In this document: one piece after another, positions 47,063-56,307 of the stretch
How the letters are laid out: the number at the start of each line of letters is the position of its first letter
How positions within the stretch are numbered: the stretch's first letter is position 1
Source: an uncultured Candidatus Saccharibacteria bacterium
GTDB lineage: Bacteria > Patescibacteriota > Saccharimonadia > Saccharimonadales > JAGQNJ01
Reading direction: 5' to 3'
NCBI GenBank assembly: GCA_964491925.1
Contig: CAZBGZ010000003.1
Location: 86,234-150,233, forward strand
DNA: 64,000 bases
Position numbers and translations under genes: made by a program
Notes under the pieces: model-generated
The model's input: the letters and a program-made list of their open reading frames with translations, nothing else
The model's database searches: none
Told to the model about the DNA's origin: nothing

Positions 47063-48889
47063 ATGAGCACGCAAGACCCCAGTAAAATTCGAAACGTGGC
47101 AATCATTGCCCATGTTGACCACGGCAAGACTACTCTTGTAGATGGTCTTTTGAAGCAGTCCAAAACTTTTCGTGATAATCAGGCTGAAATGACCCAAGAT
47201 TTGATAATGGACAGCGGTGATCAAGAAAAAGAACGTGGCATAACGATAACCGCGAAGGTAACCGCCGTTCAGCACGACGACTTTCGAATTAATATTATTG
47301 ATACCCCAGGACACGCTGACTTTAGTGGCGAGGTAGAGCGTACATTGAACCTAGCCGATGGTTGTTTGTTGATTGTCGATGCTCAAGAAGGTCCAATGCC
47401 TCAGACCAAGTTCGTGCTAACAAAAGCCCTTGCACAGGGGTTAAAACCAATCGTAGTTATCAACAAAATCGACAAACAAGGCAGCAGGATTGCCCAGGTA
47501 GAGGACGAGCTAGCCGATTTATTCTTAGAACTTGCCATTCACGAGGATCAACTACATTATCCTGTCTATTACGCAGTTGGCCGAGCAGGGAAAGCGTGGA
47601 AGCAACCACCAGCTGATTCTGAGGCAGACGGTGACCTAGAAGTAATATTTCAGGCGATTATGGAGCACATACCTGCACCAGTGGCAGAACTTGATAAACC
47701 ATTCCAGATGTTAGTAACGGCATTAGCCTGGGACACTTTCAAAGGAAAATACGCAATCGGACGAATAACCAGGGGCCATATCAAAGCTGGCGACCAGGTT
47801 AGTTTATGCAAAAAAGATGGATCGATCACAAAAGCCAAAGTTGACCTTGTATACATGAGTCACGGTGTAAGCAAATTCGAAGTTCCCGAAGGGGTGGCTG
47901 GTGATATTGTTCAGCTAACGGGCGTAGGTGATGCCCAAATTGGCGAGACCGTAGCTGATGCTATTAGCCCAGAAGCTCTCCCTGTTCTAGAGGTAGAGGC
48001 CCCAACCCTAAAGATTTACCTGGGGCCCAACACAAGCCCATTCAAAGGTACTGAAGGCGAATTTAGTACTAGTCGCCAGATTGCAGAAAGACTTAACAAA
48101 GAACTAGAGACGAATGTTGGGCTGCGCGTTGAAGAAGAAGGAATCGGATTTGGAGTATCTGGGCGTGGCGAGCTACATCTGTCAGTATTAATTGAAACCA
48201 TGCGCCGTGAAGGTTTCGAATTCGAAGTTGGTCGCCCACAGGTGGTTACAAAGGACAACAACGGAATTATCGAAGAGCCGATTGAAGAACTAAACATTGA
48301 AGTTCCCGCCGAATACGTTGGCGCAGTACAGATGGAACTGGGCAAACGAAAAGCTGTTCTTCAGGAGCAATTTGCTTCACCAAAGGGTGTAACAAAACTA
48401 GTCTATGACTTACCTACCCGGGCATTGATCGGATTACGCAATATTCTTATGACTAATACTAAAGGCACGATAGTGATGCACAGCCAGGTAACTGGCTATA
48501 AACCACAAGGTCAGGCATTAGAACAACTACGCAACGGGGCATTAATTGCATACGAGGCTGGTGTAACTACGCCATATTCTTTGCAAACCGCTGAAGAGCG
48601 CGGGGTTGTGTTCGTTGGTCCAGCTATAAAAGTATATGCAGGCCAAATCATTGGCCTGAATAAACGCAGTGAAGATCTAGAAATCAACGTATGCAAAGCC
48701 AAGCACCTAACCAATATGCGCAGTTCGTCCAGCGATGGTGTTGTCCAGTTGACGCCTCCCACTATACTCAGTCTAGAACAGTGTATAGACTTTATAGAAA
48801 ACGACGAACTTTTAGAAGTTACGCCGAAAAACCTACGTTTACGCAAGCGCGAACTTGACCAGAACAAACGAAAACGCCTACAAAAGTAA
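47063..48889 (+). CDS. typA: Translational GTPase TypA/BipA
   Basis: G1 [17 protein letters not shown] and NKID motifs. Domain order and 608-aa length match BipA. Confidence 0.95.
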   Translation: MSTQDPSKIRNVAIIAHVDHGKTTLVDGLLKQSKTFRDNQAEMTQDLIMDSGDQEKERGITITAKVTAVQHDDFRINIIDTPGHADFSGEVERTLNLADGCLLIVDAQEGPMPQTKFVLTKALAQGLKPIVVINKIDKQGSRIAQVEDELADLFLELAIHEDQLHYPVYYAVGRAGKAWKQPPADSEADGDLEVIFQAIMEHIPAPVAELDKPFQMLVTALAWDTFKGKYAIGRITRGHIKAGDQVSLCKKDGSITKAKVDLVYMSHGVSKFEVPEGVAGDIVQLTGVGDAQIGETVADAISPEALPVLEVEAPTLKIYLGPNTSPFKGTEGEFSTSRQIAERLNKELETNVGLRVEEEGIGFGVSGRGELHLSVLIETMRREGFEFEVGRPQVVTKDNNGIIEEPIEELNIEVPAEYVGAVQMELGKRKAVLQEQFASPKGVTKLVYDLPTRALIGLRNILMTNTKGTIVMHSQVTGYKPQGQALEQLRNGALIAYEAGVTTPYSLQTAEERGVVFVGPAIKVYAGQIIGLNKRSEDLEINVCKAKHLTNMRSSSSDGVVQLTPPTILSLEQCIDFIENDELLEVTPKNLRLRKRELDQNKRKRLQK

Positions 48890-48994
48890 GTCGACAGCTT
48901 TAAAATAGCACTAATTACTAAAGCGTTTGCATTATGCTGACTTAGTTAGTACAGTATTAATATCATTAAAAAAATAGACAAAGGAATCAAACTT

Positions 48995-49339
48995 ATGGAT
49001 CCAAATAACCCTACTAATAACCCAGTACCAGACCCTAGCGCGCCAGCAATGCCACCGCTAGAACCAGCAGCACCATCAATGCCTGACCCAGGCATGCCAG
49101 CTCCAATCCCAGCACCAGCCGATCCATCAATGCCACCACAAGAGCCAGCCGTACCACCAATGCCCGACCCTGGAATGCCGCCGGTTGCACCAGCACCAGA
49201 ACCTTATATGCCACCTAGTGAACCAGCTAGCCCAAGCATGCCACCAACCCCTGAGAGCACTATGCCTGCTGTTGATGGTACAGCTCCGGCTACGCCTTCG
49301 TCAGACGATTTGAACGTGCCTCCTGCGCCAGCGATGTAG
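48995..49339 (+). CDS. Proline-rich low-complexity protein, hypothetical
   Basis: 114 aa, roughly 45% Pro, with repeated xMPPxEPAxPxMPDPGMP units. Visibly GC-rich. Followed by a terminator. Confidence 0.45.
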   Translation: MDPNNPTNNPVPDPSAPAMPPLEPAAPSMPDPGMPAPIPAPADPSMPPQEPAVPPMPDPGMPPVAPAPEPYMPPSEPASPSMPPTPESTMPAVDGTAPATPSSDDLNVPPAPAM

Positions 49340-49361
49340 TCTAGGCATTGAGTTGGCGATT

Positions 49362-49393
49362 AAAAACCCGTGTTTGAAAAAACGCGGGTTTTT
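49362..49393 (+). terminator. Rho-independent terminator
   Basis: aaacccgtg...cgcgggttt stem with a 10-nt loop, followed by ttttt. Confidence 0.7.
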
Positions 49394-49503
49394 AATAAGA
49401 AAAAACAAACATAAGAAAGATGGTTGTAATAATTAAATTCAAAAGATATACTTATAACCATAAGAAACTTTAAAAAAGGTTTAAGAGGGGATATAAAAAT
49501 ATA

Positions 49504-50868
49504 ATGAAAAAGCTACTCGCACTATTTATTACGAGCATATTTGTAGTATTGCAATTGTCGGTTGCAGTTCCTGCATCTGCAGCGACAACAGTTAGCATAA
49601 CTTCACCTACATCAGGTAGTACAGAAACTGGAACGAGCTTTACTGTTACAGGAACTGCTACGGCAGATCGAAAAATAACAGTATCAGTAAATGGCGACGA
49701 AGTAGGCACGACAACATCCGACGGTTCTGGCGACTGGAGCCTAGAAGTAACCGGTCAAGACGCCGGTGCAAAGACAATTACTGCTGTAGCAAGCGTGCAT
49801 TATGCATATGTCCCGAACAGTGCAGCCGCTACCATATCCGTAATTAATACAGATACTGATCAAAAAGTCGGCTCGGATATTAGCTCTGGTGTTAATCAAT
49901 CGAACACAGTCGTAAGGTCTGATGGAGCACAAATGGTTACGGCCGGTGGTGTTGGAAGCGACCAAGTTAGGGTTTGGGATCTATCCGATCCAGCAGTACC
50001 TGCTATAACTGATTCGATTACGTCAGCACACGCTAGTACTATCGGCCTGGACTATACGCCCGATGGAACAGAATTCTGGACGACATCAACTAGTTTTGCG
50101 GCAGGTACTATAAGAAGCTACGATTCGACTACTCCCGCGACAACTGCCGATATTACTGGCTATACAGGGACTATTCCTATCTCTATTCAGTTCAACGCGG
50201 CTGGTGATAAAGCATACGTGTCAGACTGTAGCGATAGTGCCGTTCATGTAATAGATGTCGCCACTAAGGCACAAACTAGTACTATTGCTGGGGTTGGGTG
50301 CGGTGGAATTGTGGTTGGCCCAAATGATGTAGCAATATTACTTGATAGTAACAACGATAGAGTTAAGCCAGTAAATATAGCTGCGGAAACAGCAGGATCA
50401 TATATTGGTGTTGGCGATAGCCCAGCGGCAATATTGTTTAACGAAGATGGTAGTCGTGCGTACGTAACCAATGTTACAAGCAACAATATCAGTGTTATTA
50501 ATACTGATAGCAATGCTGTAATTGATACAATATCGCTAACCGGAGGGCCAAAAGCTGGAATGTTTAACGCTGATAGATCAAAGGCATACATAGCCCGAAG
50601 TACCGCTGATGAAGTTGTTGTGACCGATGGTAGTACGTTCTCTGAACTTTCCGCGATAACTGTAGGTGATTCTCCAGCCGGAGTAATTGCAGGACCTTCT
50701 GAATCATCTACAACTTCAGTCGATTTTACACTTGCTGTGGCGACTAGTTCGTCATCAGAGGATGTTTTGGCTGACACTGGTCAGAACAGCCATATTTACA
50801 TGGCTCTTGCAAGCGTGCTGTTAATAAGTCCAGCCGTTTACTTGAGAAAACGATACATTAGAAGATAA
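49504..50868 (+). CDS. Sortase-anchored surface protein: Ig-like domain plus YVTN-type beta-propeller
   Basis: Signal peptide (..VPASAA). Repeated YVxN/ISVINTD units (AYVPNSAAATISVINTD, RAYVTNVTSNNISVINTD, KAYVSDCSDSAVHVIDV). C-terminal LADTG, hydrophobic helix and RKRYIRR form a cell-wall sorting signal. Confidence 0.75.
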   Translation: MKKLLALFITSIFVVLQLSVAVPASAATTVSITSPTSGSTETGTSFTVTGTATADRKITVSVNGDEVGTTTSDGSGDWSLEVTGQDAGAKTITAVASVHYAYVPNSAAATISVINTDTDQKVGSDISSGVNQSNTVVRSDGAQMVTAGGVGSDQVRVWDLSDPAVPAITDSITSAHASTIGLDYTPDGTEFWTTSTSFAAGTIRSYDSTTPATTADITGYTGTIPISIQFNAAGDKAYVSDCSDSAVHVIDVATKAQTSTIAGVGCGGIVVGPNDVAILLDSNNDRVKPVNIAAETAGSYIGVGDSPAAILFNEDGSRAYVTNVTSNNISVINTDSNAVIDTISLTGGPKAGMFNADRSKAYIARSTADEVVVTDGSTFSELSAITVGDSPAGVIAGPSESSTTSVDFTLAVATSSSSEDVLADTGQNSHIYMALASVLLISPAVYLRKRYIRR

Positions 50869-50955
50869 ATAAAAATCTACATAAGTTGGTTTAGCGACGT
50901 AGACTGCCAGTTTGTGGCAGGCAAGAATAAGATAAGGTGTTTTACGGCATATAAA

Positions 50956-51996
50956 ATGAAAAAATACATATATATCGCCATTCTTGTAATGTTGGTTGGA
51001 ATTGCTTTCATTTTCACGCGACCAAACGGTGCAGATAGCCCAAACTCAGCAACTGATACGACGACAAATATTCCTGCTTCAAGTGATGATGAAGCTCCGT
51101 CAGCTAGTAAAAAAGATAAAGATAAAAAATCAAAACCGGCATCGGGTAATAATCTGTTTTATAATTCGGTCGCACAAACCACTGACGTAAGCACAGACAA
51201 AACTTCCAACGCGTCAAGCAATTCTGACAGTGATTCGGATGATGGTGATCCCGAGGATATTTCACCGTTAGCTGATGCGGCTTTGTTGCTGAGGGCATCT
51301 CATGTGTCTTTGGATTGGACTTCATCCGACCCATGGGAAAATGAAGGGGCACTTGGCTCTGCAGCCAACGCAGAAGTCCGAGATAGCGTCAATGTCCCTT
51401 ATAGTCATGTTATAACACCAGAATATCTGCCTTTATTTGCCAATGGCCCAGGATTTAAAGTAGAAAAGCCAGAATACGCACCAGCCTATCACGGATTTGT
51501 GATTCCTGATAACGATGCGCTGGATATTCCAAATACCGGTGCATTAACTTTAATTTTTGACGTAAGCTTGATCGACCCTGATGATCCGACTAATAAATTA
51601 GCCCAAAAATATCCCAACGTTGACTTAGGTAGTTCTGAAGAAGGTTGGATATTGGAAAACATAAACTTGGGTGAGTATGAAGGATCGATATCACTTGTGA
51701 ACGCATCAAATGATGGCAGTGGATTTGCTGGTATCTTTTCGCAGCGCCGAACAACTACAGACAGATTCACCGTAGCCATTAGATGGGATAGAGACGCTGA
51801 TACATTACGGATGTTTGTTAATGGTGTAGAAGATTATGTACAAGGCAACCCAACCCTGACTACACTAGATGATGTTAACACCGCGGCAGATTTAGTGTTG
51901 TGCGGAGGTAATGTCTTCCATAACGTGGCGATTTTTAATCGTGCCGTGTCGGATAGCGATATTGCAAAAATAGATCAAATATTCCGCCAAAATTAA
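50956..51996 (+). CDS. Membrane-anchored LamG/concanavalin-like lectin-domain protein
   Basis: Start at ATG 50956 (MKKYIYIAILVMLVGIAFIF). S/D-rich linker. C-terminal LamG_3-like sequence (TLIFDVSL...FTVAIRWD...LRMFVNG...VAIFNRAVSDSDI). Confidence 0.6.
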   Translation: MKKYIYIAILVMLVGIAFIFTRPNGADSPNSATDTTTNIPASSDDEAPSASKKDKDKKSKPASGNNLFYNSVAQTTDVSTDKTSNASSNSDSDSDDGDPEDISPLADAALLLRASHVSLDWTSSDPWENEGALGSAANAEVRDSVNVPYSHVITPEYLPLFANGPGFKVEKPEYAPAYHGFVIPDNDALDIPNTGALTLIFDVSLIDPDDPTNKLAQKYPNVDLGSSEEGWILENINLGEYEGSISLVNASNDGSGFAGIFSQRRTTTDRFTVAIRWDRDADTLRMFVNGVEDYVQGNPTLTTLDDVNTAADLVLCGGNVFHNVAIFNRAVSDSDIAKIDQIFRQN

Positions 51997-52036
51997 AATA
52001 TTGGACTTTATAGAGTAGTTATCTTTTTATGTGCTA

Positions 52037-52063
52037 TTGCCATTAGCGTTTTTAATGTATAAT
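52037..52063 (+). promoter_or_regulatory. Possible promoter with extended -10
   Basis: TTGCCA (52037-52042), 15 nt including TG, TATAAT (52058-52063). SD aagagg is downstream. Confidence 0.35.
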
Positions 52064-52095
52064 TGACAGCGAATAAGAGGCGAGCTAAGAGAAAA

Positions 52096-53181
52096 ATGAA
52101 TAAAAAGATATTAAGTTTGTTAAGTTTATTGATTATTGGATCATTGTTAATGAATCCATTATCGGTAAGTGCTGCTGTGGTTAATGAAGTAATGACTCCG
52201 CCAGCCAGTTGGGGGGCGCCTACGGGACCAGTCTTGTCGTTGATTGATGCTGGAGGGGAAGCATCTAGCCCATCCCTGACAGATACAACCGTAGCACTTC
52301 GTAACGCACCTAGCCTGAGTTTTAACCCTGGGCTGGATGCGTTGATCTTAGCTGGGGGTACTGATGATACGGTACACGAGGCTGGTGCATTTGCGATCAG
52401 TTCTGATGAAACTACATGTCCCGATGATACCCCAGTTACAATTACGGTTGGATCATCTGTCTCTACTATTGTTGATATGACAGGCACAATCCCAAATCCA
52501 TCAGACAATAACTCTTCGCATGCTCTTTTTGATACATCTGGGCCGTCCGTTCCATATCTTTCTGTTAGCGATAATGAGAATATTGGCGATACTTTTAATC
52601 ACCCGGGTGGATCTTATACTACAACTTTCGGGAATCTAGATAATATGTTTATGATTGCAAATGTAGAGGTGGTTGAGTCGGCTATTACTAACGCTCCGAA
52701 CGGTTCAGAGGCAAGTACAACAGAATCAATTCCATCGATCACTTTAACTTATGATGATGCTGGTTGCCCTCCGGTCGCTCCAACTGCTTCTAACGCTGAG
52801 GTGACTAGGACAATAGTATCACCAGATACGGCATCCGGTGATATTGTCGTAGCTGGCTCTAGCTATGATGCAACAGACGCTAACGGAGATGATTTAACCT
52901 ATAGTATTAGCGATGGTAATGATGAAGGCTATTTTGAGATTGATTCAACAACTGGAGATATATCTACAACTAGAGAAAACGTACCAGTCGGCCGATATGT
53001 GATGACGGTTTTAGTTGAAGATGGCAATGGCGGTACAGTTGAAGTAATCGTCACAATTATAGTTACGGATTCTGGTGAAGTTCTAGCCGACACTGGCGCC
53101 AATACATACCTATACTTTGCAATAGCTATTACACTACTATTACCTTCAACAGTCTATCTAAAACGACGCTTCAACAAATAA
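52096..53181 (+). CDS. Sortase-anchored surface protein with a cadherin-like domain
   Basis: Start at ATG 52096 (MNKKILSLLSLLIIGSLLMNPLSVSAA). Cadherin-like DANGDDLTYSISDGNDEGYFEIDSTTGDISTT...VLVEDGNGG. C-terminal LADTG, TM helix and KRRFNK. Confidence 0.7.
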   Translation: MNKKILSLLSLLIIGSLLMNPLSVSAAVVNEVMTPPASWGAPTGPVLSLIDAGGEASSPSLTDTTVALRNAPSLSFNPGLDALILAGGTDDTVHEAGAFAISSDETTCPDDTPVTITVGSSVSTIVDMTGTIPNPSDNNSSHALFDTSGPSVPYLSVSDNENIGDTFNHPGGSYTTTFGNLDNMFMIANVEVVESAITNAPNGSEASTTESIPSITLTYDDAGCPPVAPTASNAEVTRTIVSPDTASGDIVVAGSSYDATDANGDDLTYSISDGNDEGYFEIDSTTGDISTTRENVPVGRYVMTVLVEDGNGGTVEVIVTIIVTDSGEVLADTGANTYLYFAIAITLLLPSTVYLKRRFNK

Positions 53182-53264
53182 ACAAAATTACAATAGTCAC
53201 TAATTGGTAAATATTGCTAAAATAGCTTAAGGTTTTTAGTGTATTTTTGGAGGGTTTTAAACTA

Positions 53265-56231
53265 TTGAAAAATTATTTTAGCTTGAATAATAGCCTGCTG
53301 TTAATAGCTTTTATTGTATTGCCTATTATGCTAATGCTAATAAAACCATTAGTGGCGCATGCTGATATCTCTACTGGCTTAATCGCTCATTATTCTTTTG
53401 ATGATATTAGTGGTGCTACCGCTCCAGATAGTTCGGGTAACGGTTACGACGGCACGATAACCGGTAGTGCGACAACTACCGCAGGAGCAGTGGGAAATGC
53501 TTTAACTTTTGATGGTAGTGACGACACTGTCGACATACCGCATCAGCTACTTTCTAGCCAAACTCCAGATTTTAGTTATAGTTTTTACTTTAAAGCCGAT
53601 GCAGGAGGTGACGACAGTCAATACCTTTTGGCGCAGGCTAGTAGCGGAACTAATAATAATGATTGTTTTAGTGTGGCATATGACAACACTGCTGAGTCGT
53701 TAAAGGTGTTAACTACAAATGCAGGTCAGAACGCGCGAATTACAAGTGATATTGACGCAAGTGTTTGGACGCATATTGCAGTAACGCATTCGTACGCAAC
53801 AAATGAGTCAAAACTATATATAAACGGTGTCGCCCAGACAGGCTATGCGATGTCTTGTTCACAGGCGTTGGCCGCTCAATTTTTACTAGGTCGTTCACCT
53901 TATTCTGGCTACAATCAACAGCTTCAAGGCTCTCTTGATGAAGTCAGGATCTATAACCGAATCCTCGATGATGCCGATATATATGATTTGGCAACTGAAG
54001 GTGACACCAATAGTGTGTCGATAACTACACCTACAGAAGGAACTGTTGTTCGTGGTTCTACAACACTAGAAGCTAGTGTATCTGGTTCACCATCGATTAG
54101 CACCTTGCAGTACTATGCTAATGGCGAAGCTCTAGGATCACCACTTACAGATGCACCATATACTTACGAATGGAATACATCAGGGATAGATCAGGGCGAC
54201 TATTCTGTTACTGCGGTTGGGACAGATACAAATGGCGATTTGGTTCCTTCGTTGGCACTAAATGTAGTTGTCGATAACGATCCAGTAATAAAGATGACTA
54301 ATACTAAGAGTATTCAACAAACTTCAGCCGAGATTGTTTGGGTGACGGATGAAAAAACTACAGGCCAAATAGAATATGGTTTAACAAGTTCTTATGGCTC
54401 TGAGACGGACTTAGTTGGTGGCCTTAGCTATTATCATAATCATCAGCTATCAGATTTGTTACCTAATACCACGTATCATTATCAGATTATTTCACAAGAT
54501 AATTTCGGGAATGAAGTAACGTCTGGTGATCTAACTTTTTCTACAATAACAGGCGAAACCGGCAATCAGTGGCATGTGACAACTGACGGGACTTCTGGAG
54601 GAGATGGTAGTTTAGAAAATCCCTGGGATCTTGATACTGCTTTAGCTCAGCCCGACAGCGTTCAGCCGGGTGATACAATTTGGGTCCATGAGGGTACCTA
54701 TGGCGGTGTTTTTACGAGCACTTTAACTGGAACAGCCAGCGCTCCAATTATACTCAGAAACTATAACAACGAACGTGTAATTATTGATGGCGAGAGTTCA
54801 AACAGTAGTGTTATTACAGTGTATGGTGCTTACGCCTGGTATTGGGGGTTTGAAGTTATCAATTCTGATACTACTAGGACGATAGCCCAGGCGGGCTCTA
54901 ACCCTGTTACTTTGCCACGTGGTCTTGGCTACTATATCCTGGGTCCCGGCACCAGATTTATTAATAATATCGTTCATGACACAGCTGAAGGATTTGGTTT
55001 TTGGACTCCAGCAACGAACGCAGAATTATACGGGAATATTGTGTATTATAACGGCTGGGAAGGTCCAGACAGGGGTCACGGCCATGGAATTTATGTACAA
55101 AACAATACAGGACTAAAAAATATAACCAATAACATTGTCTTCAAAAACTTTGGCTATGGACTACACGCCTATACGGAGGGCGGGACACTGCATAATATTT
55201 TGACAGATAGTAACGTTTTTTTTAATAACGGTGCATTATCGAACACGGGTTACACACAAAATATGCTTCATGGTGGGTATACGCTAGCCAATAATCCGAT
55301 GATTTTTAATAATAGAGTATACTCGCCTATAGCGTTGGGTGGCGGACTTGGTATTGGTTATGTAGCCGGTTGTAATACCCCGACAATTGAAGGAAATTAT
55401 ATTGTTTCTCATGCTGCATTTGAATTAAGTTCTGATTGTAGCCATAACACAGTTAATGGAAATACTTTTTATGGTGCATATCCTGGCTCGGCTACGACAA
55501 ATTATCCTGATAACGAATACTTTAACGTAGAGGCGCCCACGGATAATAATGTATATGTAGCTCAGAATTATTATGAGACAACTAAATCCTATGTAACTAT
55601 ATATAACTGGGAAAATTTGTCTGAGGTAGACATTGATGCGTCTAGTGTACTAGACGAAAATGATACCTATGCCATTTACGACACGGAGAATTTTTTTGGC
55701 GACCCGATAGCGACCGGCACCTTTAATGGCGCGACAATATCGGTTCCAATGACGACAACAGGATTAACAGAAACTGTTGGCGAAGTTCCCGTTGCGCCGA
55801 CTCATAGTAGTGAAGAATTTGGATCTTTTGTTTTGGTAAAAACTGGGCATTATACGCCTCCTCCTGTTGAAGATGACGATGCCCCAGTTGAAGATGACGA
55901 TGCTCCAGTTGATAATGTAGACAATGGCAGTAGTGATAATAATAGTTCTTCGAATGATTCATCTACCTATGATGCTGACGAATCTTCACAAGCATCATTA
56001 GCAAGTATTATATTCTCGACTACTAATTCGGATTCACAGAAATCTGAATATAGTGAAAATGCATCAAAACAAGGCAGCTCTCCCTCAGTAGGAGTAGAGG
56101 AAAATCAAAGTAATTCGGATCCAATCTCAGACAAAAATAATGGTTTTTGGGGTCTTCAAAAAGTCCTGGGTTTTAGTTTTATTTTGATAATAACTGGAAG
56201 TATTTTGTGGAGGATATTTGTTTATGAATAG
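53265..56231 (+). CDS. Giant surface protein: LamG + Ig-like + FN3-like + right-handed beta-helix, with a C-terminal TM anchor
   Basis: TTG at 53265, 10 nt after GGAGGG (the listed start is 53247). LamG (LTFDGSDD...GSLDEVRIYNRIL). Ig-like (YTYEWNTSGIDQGDYSVTAVGTD). FN3/PAP-N-like (AEIVWVTDEKTTGQIEYG...NTTYHYQI). Beta-helix (NPWDL..PGDTIWVHEGTY; repeated N/G-rich turns). Acidic repeats and a terminal TM helix. Confidence 0.7.
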   Translation: MKNYFSLNNSLLLIAFIVLPIMLMLIKPLVAHADISTGLIAHYSFDDISGATAPDSSGNGYDGTITGSATTTAGAVGNALTFDGSDDTVDIPHQLLSSQTPDFSYSFYFKADAGGDDSQYLLAQASSGTNNNDCFSVAYDNTAESLKVLTTNAGQNARITSDIDASVWTHIAVTHSYATNESKLYINGVAQTGYAMSCSQALAAQFLLGRSPYSGYNQQLQGSLDEVRIYNRILDDADIYDLATEGDTNSVSITTPTEGTVVRGSTTLEASVSGSPSISTLQYYANGEALGSPLTDAPYTYEWNTSGIDQGDYSVTAVGTDTNGDLVPSLALNVVVDNDPVIKMTNTKSIQQTSAEIVWVTDEKTTGQIEYGLTSSYGSETDLVGGLSYYHNHQLSDLLPNTTYHYQIISQDNFGNEVTSGDLTFSTITGETGNQWHVTTDGTSGGDGSLENPWDLDTALAQPDSVQPGDTIWVHEGTYGGVFTSTLTGTASAPIILRNYNNERVIIDGESSNSSVITVYGAYAWYWGFEVINSDTTRTIAQAGSNPVTLPRGLGYYILGPGTRFINNIVHDTAEGFGFWTPATNAELYGNIVYYNGWEGPDRGHGHGIYVQNNTGLKNITNNIVFKNFGYGLHAYTEGGTLHNILTDSNVFFNNGALSNTGYTQNMLHGGYTLANNPMIFNNRVYSPIALGGGLGIGYVAGCNTPTIEGNYIVSHAAFELSSDCSHNTVNGNTFYGAYPGSATTNYPDNEYFNVEAPTDNNVYVAQNYYETTKSYVTIYNWENLSEVDIDASSVLDENDTYAIYDTENFFGDPIATGTFNGATISVPMTTTGLTETVGEVPVAPTHSSEEFGSFVLVKTGHYTPPPVEDDDAPVEDDDAPVDNVDNGSSDNNSSSNDSSTYDADESSQASLASIIFSTTNSDSQKSEYSENASKQGSSPSVGVEENQSNSDPISDKNNGFWGLQKVLGFSFILIITGSILWRIFVYE
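55863..55913 (+). repeat. 21-nt tandem repeat encoding PVEDDDA x2 (plus a partial third unit)
   Basis: cctgttgaagatgacgatgcc / ccagttgaagatgacgatgct / ccagttgat... Confidence 0.8.
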
Positions 56232-56307
56232 TTCTTTAGTTTATTTTATGTTTGTTTAGGTATAAACACTTATGGTAATATTAACTTAAGGAAAATAAGA
56301 CGGGAAT